A stretch of DNA of 46,929 nucleotides, the filler included, from Streblomastix strix (lineage: Eukaryota): NCBI GenBank assembly GCA_008636045.1. It is 2 parts of 2 records of this genome, joined end to end, with 100 filler letters (N's around TTAATTAATTAA, not from the genome) between each part and the next. Parts side by side here need not be neighbours in the genome. Positions count along the whole stretch, not along the records: positions 23,530 to 46,929 come from SNRW01000286.1; 1 more part is not named here. One strand, given 5' to 3'. Positions 27,134 through 39,294 of this stretch are shown here, one piece after another. Position 1 is the first letter of the stretch. Every line of letters begins with the position of its first letter. A model generated the notes under the pieces. That model saw nothing but the letters and a program-made list of their open reading frames with translations. It ran no database searches and was not told the DNA's origin. The translations under genes were made by a program, and so were the position numbers.

Positions 27134-27983
27134 CAGGGTGGGGAATAATTCCATGGCCGAAGTTCAGAACAGCGCAGGTATATCTATGAATAATTTAATA
27201 TAAATATATATATGATACATTGTATTATAGACATTTTTAAACAAAACATAAATTTCATACTCATAGGGGTTTGTATGGATTTTTATGATCTTTAGTTTTA
27301 TACTCATGAAAAAAAATTTTAAAATTATATGCTGCTCCAAATTTTGAGAACTTTTATATCTGATATATATATATGTACTACATATACATATATGTACATA
27401 ATAAAAATATAATAAAATAAAATCAGACACTTCTCAAGAAAATAAATTTTTCAATTTTTCTTAAAATATTTTGATAGAAAATATTTAGTTTTTTTTGTTT
27501 AAATATTTTTTGCACTAGTCATATTTCAAAAATATATATTTTTTAATATTAATTATTTTCATTAAAATATAATACTCAAAAATTAATCAAAATTCATTTC
27601 AAATTAAAAAAATTAAAACTAAAAAATTATTAATTTTCTAACTAAATTATTTGAGAAAAATTGAAAAATTTATTTTCTTGAGAAGTGTCTGATTTTATTT
27701 TATTATATTTTTATTATGTACATATATGTATATGTAGTACATATATATAGATCAGATATAAAAGTTCTCAAAATTTGGAGCAGCATATAATTTTAAATTT
27801 TTTTTTCATGAGTATAAAACTAAAGATCATAAAAATCCATACCAATCCCTAAGAGTATGAAATTTATGTTTTGTTTAAAAATGTCTATAACACAATGTAT
27901 TATATATATAAATTTATATTAAATTATTCATAGATATACCTGTGCTGTTCAGAACTTCGGCCATGGAATTATTCCCCATCCTG
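27134..27983. mobile_element. Young Tc1/mariner-type MITE, 850 bp, ~330-bp near-perfect TIRs, flanked by TA
   Basis: TA|CAGGGTGGGGAATAATTCCATGGCCGAAGTTC ... GAACTTCGGCCATGGAATTATTCCCCATCCTG|TA; non-coding AT-rich core. Confidence 0.92.
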
Positions 27984-27985
27984 TA

Positions 27986-28254
27986 TAATGTGAACGCAAT
28001 AGCAATGGTACATTAACATTTGATGGATTAGATTCTAAGAACTAGAATACAGCAATTGAACTAAAAGGACTACCACTTTTCAGTAGAGAAGTAAGTACTT
28101 ATTATAATGTTGATACTATTGGAAAACATCCACCTCCTCCGATTCTGTGCGCAGTTCACGATACTTTCTGGCTCTTTAGCTCTAGAGATGGAGGATCTTG
28201 CTTATATGATACAATACATTCATTTGATTAGGTTATTAACTAGGTTACTGCTTA
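27986..28254 (+). pseudogene. C-terminal fragment of putative major capsid protein (copy 2)
   Basis: CERNSNGTLTFDGLD..IELKG.P..HPPPPILCAVHDTFWLF..GGSCLYD, lying upstream of the candidate minor capsid gene. Confidence 0.45.
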
Positions 28255-28285
28255 AATATCAATAGAACATTATTTATGTAATAAA

Positions 28286-28660
28286 ATGCTATTAGATATG
28301 ACTTCAGCTCCAAATATAAAGCGCTTCATAATAATATAGGATGATTGTACGTATGTAGAAGGAATGTTTAGGATATAGTTACCTTATGATTTTGTTAACT
28401 CAAATAATTAGCGAAAAAAAAATATTCTTATAATTTAAGATTCTTAATGTTACTGGTGAGCACTCTATTGATTCAACACTAGTATAAGAAGAATAATATT
28501 ATGATAATTTTGTAGATTTTTGTAATGAAACGAGAACAATTACTGAAGTTTAATAAATGAAGCATTAGCCAAGTATGTTGATTTGGTTCAAAAATAATAT
28601 GAATTAGAATTTATCATAAACGGATATAAAATTTGTTCTTGAATTAATGCATAAATATTA
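28286..28660 (+). pseudogene. Putative minor capsid protein copy 2, frameshifted
   Basis: SAPNIKRFIIIQ..IQLPYDFVNSNNQR..VQEEQYYDNFV.FCNE..IWFKN..KFVLEL aligns to the 24149 ORF; frameshift at the A-run near 28420. Confidence 0.55.
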
Positions 28661-28839
28661 ATTGTTATTATTTTTAAATAATCGAGGAGGGAATATTCTC
28701 CCTCAACTTTTGTGTAGATTTGTGTTTGAATTATCGTAACACTTCGATGGTTCAGATATGAGTCGACAATTATTTTTAACCAATAATTAATAATCGTTCG
28801 TCTCAATTTACTAATCCAACTTTTTTTAGTAATCAGAAA

Positions 28840-29687
28840 ATGACATCGGAAACCCCTTCAACCCATTAAATAGGCTCTAATAACGAAAATTACACAATTA
28901 GTTCTTACAATGGTTTCGAAATAATGATATGTGATAGTGACGGCTTTGTTAATGCAACTATGTTAGTTCAATAGATTAATGAAGGAGAATAAACTAGAAA
29001 ATAATTAACTAACATTACACGTTCACCTGTCTTTGTAGAATACAATTAATATCTAGAATAATCTATTCTCTTTAATTTGAAGGGACCTCTTTGTTACTTA
29101 CTTTCAACTACATTTATGAATGATATTAGAAGAACACACGTTCATAAGTAATTATTGAATATTATTTGCATAAAATCATCAGTTAAATACTTGCATCATG
29201 TTATAACAATAATGGACAAAATTAATAAAACAACAATTGCAGAACATGAAGCAGAAAAAATATAAGCAATAGCAGATAAATTTCACAGAATAATGAATAC
29301 AGTTACTGATACGCTATCTAATCGAATGACAGAATTGAATTCAGATGTAAAATCATTAATTCCAAGGGCTGTTTTAAAAAGTAAAAAAAAAGCTTTTGCT
29401 TGATAGTTGAAGAGGTTCATTAATATGATGATTAAACAAAGATATAAATAAGACGAAAAATGAAGAAAGCTATTAGTAAAGGATTAATGGAATGCTAAAA
29501 ACATGATACATTATTGTTCATCGACAATTTGCCAATAGCTATAACAATTAATGAAGTCATTAAAGAACAGCTATCAAATAGAGGTGGAAAGAAGATAAAA
29601 GCAACAAAATATACATTTCCATATGACTAATTAGATGATATAATCGAACGAATTAAATAGATAGTAATTGAAATCTAAGATGTATGA
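28840..29687 (+). pseudogene. KilA-N domain protein, frameshifted
   Basis: YNGFEIMICDSDGFVNATML..RRTHVHKQLL..SSVKY; frameshift at the A-run near 29390. Confidence 0.75.
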
Positions 29688-29713
29688 GTTTAATTTATAT
29701 TTATTTAATTGAA

Positions 29714-30046
29714 ATGTCTCGTATACTATTCGATAGTAAGCTAGTTAAGAACCATAAGTCTTAAGACAAAATATAACCATTACCTGAACTAAAAATAATC
29801 AATAAAACTGATGTTCAACCATTAACGTTTTATTCGACTGATGAATTCCATTAATATTATGCAGCTAATAAAGAATCCATTGATAAGATGCCAACTATAA
29901 ATTTAAATAATCAGTATAAAATAGAAGGACATATCCTCACAAAACAGAATGAATAAATAGCATTGAAATAAGCAAAACATAAGTAATCTGAACAAATTGA
30001 ACTGGCCAATCTATAAGAATAAATCAAATAAATTAATGCAAAATGA
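29714..30046 (+). CDS. Conserved element protein Y, copy 2
   Basis: MSRILFDSK..LPELKI..TFYSTDEF..NKESIDKMPTINLNNQYKIEGH. Confidence 0.7.
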
Positions 30047-30127
30047 ACATATTTAATTAGCTTTTTTGAATAAAAATAACAATCAACTTCATTTGAAGGT
30101 GATGAGTACGTTCAATAGAATCATATT

Positions 30128-30348
30128 AATAATATATATGGACTGCATCACAATGCACTAATTCTGCCGCGCTATTTGTACTCATAATCTCCGCGCCAAA
30201 TGACTTTTACAACTAAGGCTCAATTCACCAATGTGATGTACAAATGATATAGACAATTCTAAGCAAACACCTATGACTCAAATGACCACAATTCATCAAT
30301 GTGAAGTGTAAATGGTGTGGATAATTCTATTCAAATGTCTATGACACA
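30128..30348 (+). repeat. Left TIR (221 bp) with 68-bp internal tandem subrepeats
   Basis: aataatatatatggactgcatcacaatgcactaattctgccgcg...; subrepeats start at 30221 and 30289 (caattca.caatgtga.gt..aaatg). Confidence 0.92.
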
Positions 30349-30370
30349 TTCATCATCAAAAACAGTAACA

Positions 30371-33300
30371 TCATTAATCAATTAAGTAGTGGTCTGCATT
30401 AACACCATACATAAATGGTGCACAACATCCATTGGCTAATACAACCATCTTATTATGAATTCCTGTAAGTGCTGATTTTTCTGTACTAATCATTGACATA
30501 AATCCCATTTTCATTTATAAATTATTAGTTATCACATTGATGTTACATCCTTCATTCAAACATTTAATGTAGTCATTAGTTGTTAAATTAGCCTTCTTTT
30601 CACTTACTCCTTTCATCCGATTCACTAATGAAACTATGTCTTCATTTTGTTCGTTTCCATTGTATAGACTATAACATTTAGGTGCGAGACAAACGATATT
30701 TTCGCCCTATGATTCGGTAGTGATACCCATTAATTTCTTCTCTTCAGCGACAGTACAATTGTCCCATGGAAGCCACTCTTTATAATGCAGGTCATAGAAC
30801 CCCTAGTCTTTGATTACGTACTTCAATCCTTACTTATAACCTTCTATTTTTGATCCTGCAATAGCTAAATACATTGAGTCAGTATCCATATTACAGAAGT
30901 GAACTCTATCCATATCAATACATTTATAAAGGAAGTTCTATACAAAATTTAGATACCAAAACTTGCTATTGTCTAATGTAAATACCGCTTCTTGAAGAGG
31001 CTCATTACACTTAAATTTTCTAGGTGACTCACTAACCATATATTAAGCTTCTTCAATAACTTCACCATCAGAATCCAATCTATCATCACTCAATTTCCTT
31101 GTTGCCTTATGATCCAATTTCAATTATTTGAGTGATGTCTATCGAGCATTGTTAAATGATATCTTATCAAATTTAGCATTATTTTATCCTTCTCCTCCAA
31201 AAGCACTATTCAGAATTTGCTTGTAGTATAGCGATTTCGTGTCATTGTGTTGGCTAATTGCATCCTATCTCTTAGCCATCATTGTACAGGCAAAAGATTC
31301 AAAACCTAGGTGTTTATCGAATAGTGCAATTGAATCAATGTCATCAACAACAAAGTTGCAATAGTCAATCAAAAACCATAAAATGTAACTAGTAAAACAC
31401 ATGAATTGATTGTGTGTTGATAGCAATGCTGTTAGTTTTGTTGTAGGTTTGTCAACAGTTAATCGCTGTGATTTCATCTTATTGTACATAAATTCTCCTA
31501 TCTATTCAACCGAATTATTATACGTTAACTTCCTCCATATAGGTGCTAAATTTATGTGTGAGTTAATATGTTTTTCATCATTATGCCCCTTAATTGTAAC
31601 ACAGAATAGCTACCCTTTGTCATTAAATCTATCATCACTCATAATTATATTTCGAGCTTTCTATTTTGAATTATTAGATGCGCATTTGAAATAACTAGTT
31701 AATCCACCAGCTTGATAAATTCGATGATTTGTATAAGGGTTATTTTTGTTGAAGATACCACTAAACATACTTGAATAGAGTGAGTTGAAATCTAAATCAA
31801 GGATATGAGTAACAATATACTAATTATCATATGATGTTATTGTTTTAGCTACTTGATTGTATCTAAGTTTATTAATGTGTGTGACACCTTTCAAATTACA
31901 TTAGTGATACACATTAGATAACTCACCTTACATACACTCCTTTAACATATTATATACTGACTCATTATTAATTGTCATAGGAAGGTGTTCGTAGATAGCA
32001 TATTTCATTAACTGTATCTTTAATTTACTAATATCATTATCTTTATCAGCCTTAACTGTGTTACATATTTAACAAGCTAGTTAACAATTCTATTTTGTAT
32101 GGCTAATTGAATTATCAATTCTATCTAATGTAGGCTTGTTTTCTTTAGTGAATTTGTTATGACATAGATGACATGTTTCATTAACTACTTTATCTCTAAT
32201 CCATTCAAAATCATCTTCAGTAACATTATTAGTTGTATCCCTCTTAGCAAACACATCTTTATTAATATATCCTTTGACTTTGTTATTCCACCAGTATTAA
32301 GTGACTTCGAATTATTCAAATCCATTAACTATATTATAACTCGCATTGATATCGAATTTTCCATAACAATACTTGTATTTAATTTAACTAGCAATTTGAG
32401 CTAGTGATATACATCCTAACATATCGACTTTCTCCTCCTATGTAATTTGAATAAAATGATTGATTGGGTTGATCATACATGTAACGTCCCTGATATTATA
32501 GTGCTTTAAATACTCCCATCTACTTTCAAAATTGATTGAATCATTACAATATTGTTCATAATCTTCGTCACTAATATTCTTATTATTAAGTTTGTCATAG
32601 AAATCATCCTTAGTGAATGGAGTTGTTAGTCCTAGGACAAATTTATAGTTATCATAATTGAATGAACCATGTGGAAATATACCCTTTGTTAATATTATAC
32701 CTTTAGTTCCAAATTTCTCAACGAATTGTTTTAATGTGTTGTTTGGTGGAATGAATGATAATATATCAATAAATCTCAAGTCAAAATCATAATCCTAATG
32801 TGATACAATTGTCTATTTAGCTTAAGTTGTTGATCCCATGTATTAAATTTTAGTCTTATTTTTAATTAGATGTTTGAGTAACAAATTCATATCAAATTTC
32901 TTAGAATTGAATCCTATAACTGACACTTGAGGCTTATATGGAATATAGTTCTTGTCATTGATTTATACTTCTGGTATGTTCGATTAATTAGCTTCGTTAA
33001 CAGTAACGGCAACTTCAAACAATTAACTTATCCATTATTCAATAAAATCAGTTCCGTCTCGTAAATCAAAATATAACGTAGTAATAATACCATTTATTGT
33101 TGCTGCTGACGCTACAGATAACGGTTCTAATTAAGCAATTATATTATCTTCATTAATTATGTTCTCTACTGTCTCTAAATCAAATGTAATGTAATTAAGT
33201 GTAGGTGCTAACTAATCTTATTAGCCTGTTGCTACTAATTTCTAGAGTAACTTATTATTTGATATATGTGGATAATAAGGCTTCGGTTAGTGATCTAATT

Positions 33301-35458
33301 TAACTTATTTAACTGTCTCAGGACCCTAACAATATTTCAAATGCCTAGCTAAATCACGCTTATAATTTTATTTCTTAGTATTAAATATCATCTAACAATT
33401 GTTAGGACAGAGCTTTCCATTAATCACTTTATCAATATCACTAATATACATTGCATGAATTTCATCAACTAATGACAACGAAACTAATAATACATTAACA
33501 GTTTGATAGTCCTTATCGATAATATGTTCATCAAATTTGTTAAATTATTCGACATCACTACGATTGATTTTATGTTTCATCTCATCACATGAGTATGCAA
33601 TTACATTTAGCTTGAATAGTTATTGATATCGTTCAAGATCAGTTACATAATTGAAACCTTTATATGATTCGAGTAATTATTTATTAGACTTATTTAATCT
33701 CTAGCTTGGGTTAATGTCATGGTATTAGAGAAACAGTTTAATAGCATCACTAACTCTAGTTCTTGTTTAATCAATATCAGAATGTAAGGCAAATGATGCG
33801 GCTATAAACCAACAAATATTGTAGTCACATTCTACATCCCTAGTAATACCTTCTTTATTGAAGTGCTAACATATTTTATCCATTTTAGTACCTAATGGCA
33901 GTCTATAAACAACAATCAAAAACGTATATAGTGCTACCTTTAATGTTGCTGAATCTTCATGTGTTGTGTCTTAATAATCGGATAGCATATCAACAGCTTT
34001 CTATTTGAAATAGTCATTAGTTTGTTTATCTCGAACAACTGTGTTAGATAACGTCTTATAACTATCATCAGCACTTGGTCCTGTGTGAGAGTAATGATAT
34101 TCATCTAATGTTTGTTAGTGCTTATATACCTATTTCTTTTTCTACCAGATAGATCCAAAACTAATATATACTTTATATGGCTTAGCTTTCTCTAACTCAT
34201 ACACCTAATCAATTTTATCTTTCAGTTGCTATAAGTCATAGAAATGATTGTAATAGTATTAGATATATGGTTCTTTATTGAGTATATCTTTTGACTTCAT
34301 TAATTCATCAGATAGTCCTTCAATATTAACTTCATTCTTTTCTTAGAATTTCTATCGTGCCTGAGCTAATGCAGCATAATAAGATGATAAATTCTATGGT
34401 GTGAAGATAGCGAATGCTTTCTAATTAAGTTCTCTATTTTTATTTAATTATTGCGTTTATGTTATACTTGGTTCACTAAAATGATCCTTATATAATCCAT
34501 AATATGATTCATTAAGCTTTTTAACCCTTCTATTGAATTCTTTAGCTCCTAATTTTGCTTCTAAATAGCTAAGAATTTTAAATGGCTTTTCACCCTATCG
34601 CTTATATCGTTAATTAATGATTACCTATTCTAATTATTCGTATAGCTTATGCCTTCGCCATTTGCCTTAAATCACTTTAGCAGCATTTACTGACTATTTC
34701 ATTAGTTGCTCTGCTAAATGTCTTCGATAATGCTTTTGGATTAGTACAGCTGCTTTATTCTATTTCTCTATTCTATCCTTCAATTCTTGTATCTCTTTTT
34801 AATGTAATTGTTCTTATTAATCTAATTCTTATTAATGCTTCAATTATTGTTCAGCTAACAACTGTTTATAATTTTCATTAATCTCAATTGGCTATTGAAT
34901 CTAATCATCCAAATCAAATTCTTCTCTTAATATATCATTTATTGTTTATAGTGACTCTTGTAGCTAATGTATCTAATTAGTGATTTATTGCTATGTTTGT
35001 AACAATTATTTCATACGCTATCTTCGACCACTTTCATCAAATTTTTATTTGTAATTAACTCTGTATTTATCAGGATTGAATAGACCATCATCAGTATTAT
35101 CAGATTAGTCCAATTCATTTATGATTTCATCAATATTTTTGACTAATTGTGGTTATTGTTCATCATTATTCAACTATTATTACTATTCATCAACTATTTC
35201 TATTAATGGTTGCAATTAGGGTTATTCAACTTATTCCAGCTATTGTTATTATTATCCATTTCTTTCAGCAACAATTTAATTTACAAAAGCTACAATTTCA
35301 GTTGTAATAGTTATTTGACCTGTATAATTCAAATGAATCAATTCATTAGTTAACATATTTCTTAATTCAACTGATGTATAATTAGGTAAATATTGAACTT
35401 ATAATTAATCTAATAGGTTTTAAATCAATTATTTATTCATTCTGTATTTCTCTGTCAT
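30371..35458 (-). CDS. Protein-primed family B DNA polymerase polyprotein, ~1,695 aa, apparently intact
   Basis: ExoI YITFDLET, ExoII GFNSKKFD, KGIFPH, ExoIII HYNIRDV, PolA LDFNSLYSS, PolB KQILNSAFG, PolC MDTDS, LAPKCY, KGV. ATG-to-TGA span is 1696 codons, and ORF-track pieces 32438-32779 and 31265-31489 are in the same frame. Confidence 0.9.
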
Positions 35459-36901
35459 TTGTGTGCGGGAAAAAAAAAGTCAATTTATTACTTTACCATT
35501 TTTCTGTATTTTTTATTTTATAATAAATGACATAAGAATTGAAGTCGCTATTAGTATAAATTCTACAAATCAAAACACCTAAAGAAATGCGTTAATTTGT
35601 AAAAAAGAATCATGATTTGCTATCACATGCTACAACATTCACTTTAAATAGATATATGGCAATACCACATTTTAGATTTCTTCGAAGGCATGACTATATT
35701 CATGTATATTGTGACCGTAAATGTAGATCTAGTTAACCTGAATTATTGCCTAAAAATATCAATTAGTTCAGTGATTAGTCAGAAAGTATTAATGAAAATT
35801 CTGATAGCAACTCCATTAAAGTCCGAATTATATTTTCGTTAATTTGTTAATTTCATATGCATTTCAGTGAAAATCGAAAATTATTCAATAAATATAAATA
35901 TTATTTGTATATTAATAAATAAAAAACAAAAATAAACAACATGAATATAATATTTATAACAATGTATTCATTTAAATATTAATAACTGAACCAATAATCA
36001 ACAGATTATTTGTAAAAAATTTTAATAAAAAATTAAACGGGACAAAATTGCAATATTAACTAAATGTTTGAGTTCTATATAAAATAAAAATAAATTGTTG
36101 GATAAAAATTCAGAAAATTAGCTTTTATATCGGTGTATTTGGTAAAAAATTAAGAAAATAAAAATGTAAAAAAACTTTCCTTGAGTCCTGTTACATTCAA
36201 CCTGCAATTTGAATAAAATTGTGAATAAAATTTAAATAAAGCGCAAATAATTAATAAAATATATTATACTTCAAACGTTTTGCATTTACAGGCGAGTATG
36301 TACAAATCAATCTTGCACTTCGCTTCTTTCTCGACCAATACAATGATTTTCCTATCTTTTGGCAAAAAACCATAATAAATAAATGAAATTAAAAATATAA
36401 ATATGTAATATATAATATCGAAACTTATTTGCAAAGTTAATTTTTTATTAAAATAAACATATTAACAAATTAACGAAAATTCAATTCCGACTGTAGTGAT
36501 ATAAATGCTAATGCTTCACAATCTGACTCGCCTATCAGTTGATTATATATTATTTTTATCTATAATATTTTTAATTATTGATACATAAAGTATACCCATA
36601 TTTGAAATTATTTGAAAATTTTTAGTAATTTATTTCATACTATTTTAACACACAACCCTACAACACTATGATAATTACTATATATATTAGTGATGTAAGT
36701 AGTGATATAGACTAAATATATATAGTAATTGATATAATTAGTCTATTAGTTAGTTAAGAAATTAATAGTCAAAATTGTTAAATTTTTTCATAAATTTTGA
36801 AAATTAGACGTTTATTATTCAAATAATTTTGAACATTTTTGAACATTTTTCAAATATTAATCCATATCATTTGCACATCACATTGCTGAATTGTGCTCAT
36901 T

Positions 36902-37122
36902 TGTGTCATAGACATTTGAATAGAATTATCCACACCATTTACACTTCACATTGATGAATTGTGGTCATTTGAGTCATAGGTGTTTGCTTAGAATTGTCTG
37001 TATCATTTGTACATCACATTGGTGAATTGAGCCTTAGTTGTAAAAGTCATTTGGCGCGGAGATTATGAGTACAAATAGCGCGGCAGAATTAGTGCATTGT
37101 GGTGCAGTCCATATATATTATT
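36902..37122 (-). repeat. Right TIR (221 bp); an extra partial 68-bp subrepeat extends inward to ~36860
   Basis: Reverse complement of 30128-30348. Confidence 0.92.
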
Positions 37123-37895
37123 CATATTATTCGTACAATTGTTCCATCATTATTATACTGCACCAGTAATGCTTCTCGTTTGTCTAATTATTCATATTTA
37201 TTCCATAATGTTTCTATATCTAACGGAATGCTTGAATAGTAGAAGAATAAATTGAATTTTTATCTACTAAATCTACAAAAAAAAGTATATTATATCAACA
37301 TTAGATTTAATGCTAGCGTCTAAACCAATTATATCTTGCAAACATAAGATTTATATGATTCTTGGCTATCTATTTTTGAATAGTTTCTTATATATAATGG
37401 ATTGTTTTTATTCTTGGAGATACATATTGCATCATACGGCACTATTGTATGTGGAAACTTGATAGAAAAGTCCTTTGCTCCAATTTGAGATAATATGTCT
37501 TTTTTAGATTCTTCTTTCATTTATTTTTCTAATTTCTTTTCCATAACTTCATAATAAGCTTGTTTACATTTAATCAATTAATTTAATGCTTCATTCACTT
37601 CTGCATACGGAACTAATTTTGTAGAAATATTTATTAAATCTTTCATTTTCTTATAAGTTATATCATTAATGCTATCAGTAACATACACAAATAGTGTGTA
37701 ACATTTATTAGGCAATTAGCTTAATTTGATTAGCTCTTTGAATACATTATATGACTTACCGCTTCTACGTTAACTTATAAGTTGATTGATAGAATTATAT
37801 GAGAAATTAAGTTACTTATGAATCATTGATTCTATTTCATATTTATTAGTTTTCTATTTAATAAGCAATTGATCTACATATGCGTTAAGAGACAT
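37122..37895 (-). pseudogene. Packaging ATPase copy 2, frameshifted
   Basis: NSINQLISQRRSGKSYNV, FVYVTDS, FPHTIV; frameshifts near 37390 and 37280 relative to copy 1. Confidence 0.8.
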
Positions 37896-37946
37896 TTGTT
37901 TGTTATTAGCTATTTCATTCACTTATGAACGTTTTTTAATTAACAA

Positions 37947-39231
37947 ATGAGCGCAGAAGAGTTAAATTCTGAAATTGGAGATATCTGAATAATTGCACGA
38001 GATAATAATGAATTCACTAATGAGTTACGTAATGCGTAGGATTTTATACAAAATTATCATAAACACAAAGGTCGTAAAAGTAAAGCAGAAAAATTAGATA
38101 TATTGAATTAAACAAATATTGCATTTCGAAGAATATAATAAAAATACTAGAACTCAATATAATAGATTACTCATAATCTTTTGTAAACTTATATTGCTAG
38201 TTAACTTTAAACAATTACTTAAAATCCATTAGTATAATTATAATTGCATTAATAATCAACATAATAACCAACATAATAACCAAGAGAATAAGCGATTGAA
38301 TAAATACAAATACAAACTTTTGTCTAAAACCAAAACATGGCTTAGGTATAACAATTGAGTTTCTCAAAATGGCAAGAGAAAAAATAGGCACCATTAAGTG
38401 ATGAAGTTTAAACCAAAAAGAATACATAAAAATAGAGATTTGCAGCAGGTCGTGGATTTCTTGGTGAAATATTTGATGCATGATAATTAAATGCGCTAGT
38501 AGCAACATTAGCTACAAAGAAAATCCACCACAAAGATATAAAATACAATAAAGAATTGAAAACCATGCCATCAGGAGAACGATATATTGCTTCTCATAAA
38601 GTAATGAAAGGATATTCAATGAAAATGGTTGATCCAGATAGTGAAGATCCACTACCTGAGTTCTCTACCGTATTCAATAAAAATGTTAGAAATTTATGCT
38701 ATTGGTGGTTATATTCGAAAAGATGAAGGTAGATATGATGAATATTAAGAATAAAACATTAATGATATTCCAATAGACTAGCGTAAAAATATAAAATTCA
38801 TTGATTGCATGGAAGGAAAATAAGTACGAACAGGAAAATAACATAAAGATAGTACTTATAATCTGTAATAAAATTCACAATTAGTTCTCAGAAATCATTT
38901 CTTAGATAAATATGTTCCAATCATTGCAGAAGAATATAAAACAACTAATCAAATAGAAAAATGGGGTAAAGGAGAGTACATTTCTGCAGCGTCTACAGCT
39001 TGGAAAGAAGTATAGAGAGGATTAATGGAAGAAATAGACCCAGCATATGATTGGACTGGAGCTAATGATGAAGAATTAAAATAAGCTGCAAGTCAAATCA
39101 AGAAATAAATTAGAAATTTTTATTTCGCTAATATTGTAGAAGATGAAGATGGGTTCGTAAGATTAATGGATTAAGTGCATAAGTAAGTATCAACTAATGT
39201 AATTGCTTAAGCTATAAGAAAATAAGCGTGA
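37947..39231 (+). pseudogene. Degenerate gene in the position of protein Z
   Basis: Divergent from the ATPase like Z; Gln-rich N-terminus, DPDSEDPLPEF loop, in-frame TGA and frameshifts. Confidence 0.45.
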
Positions 39232-39294
39232 AGAGCTATAGAAGTTGATTGAGAATGAGTATGCATATGATAATTTTATTTTTGAATTAACAAA

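Larger units (their letters stand above)
30128..37122. mobile_element. ~7.0-kb TIR-bounded element encoding only a protein-primed DNA polymerase B
   Basis: TIRs at 30128-30348 and 36902-37122 with few mismatches; flanking direct repeat CATATT (30122-30127 and 37123-37128); a single long ORF inside. Confidence 0.92.

Noticed and set aside
30221..30348. CRISPR-like repeat array
   Set aside because: Only two to three contiguous diverged units without spacers, in a eukaryotic context, with no cas genes.
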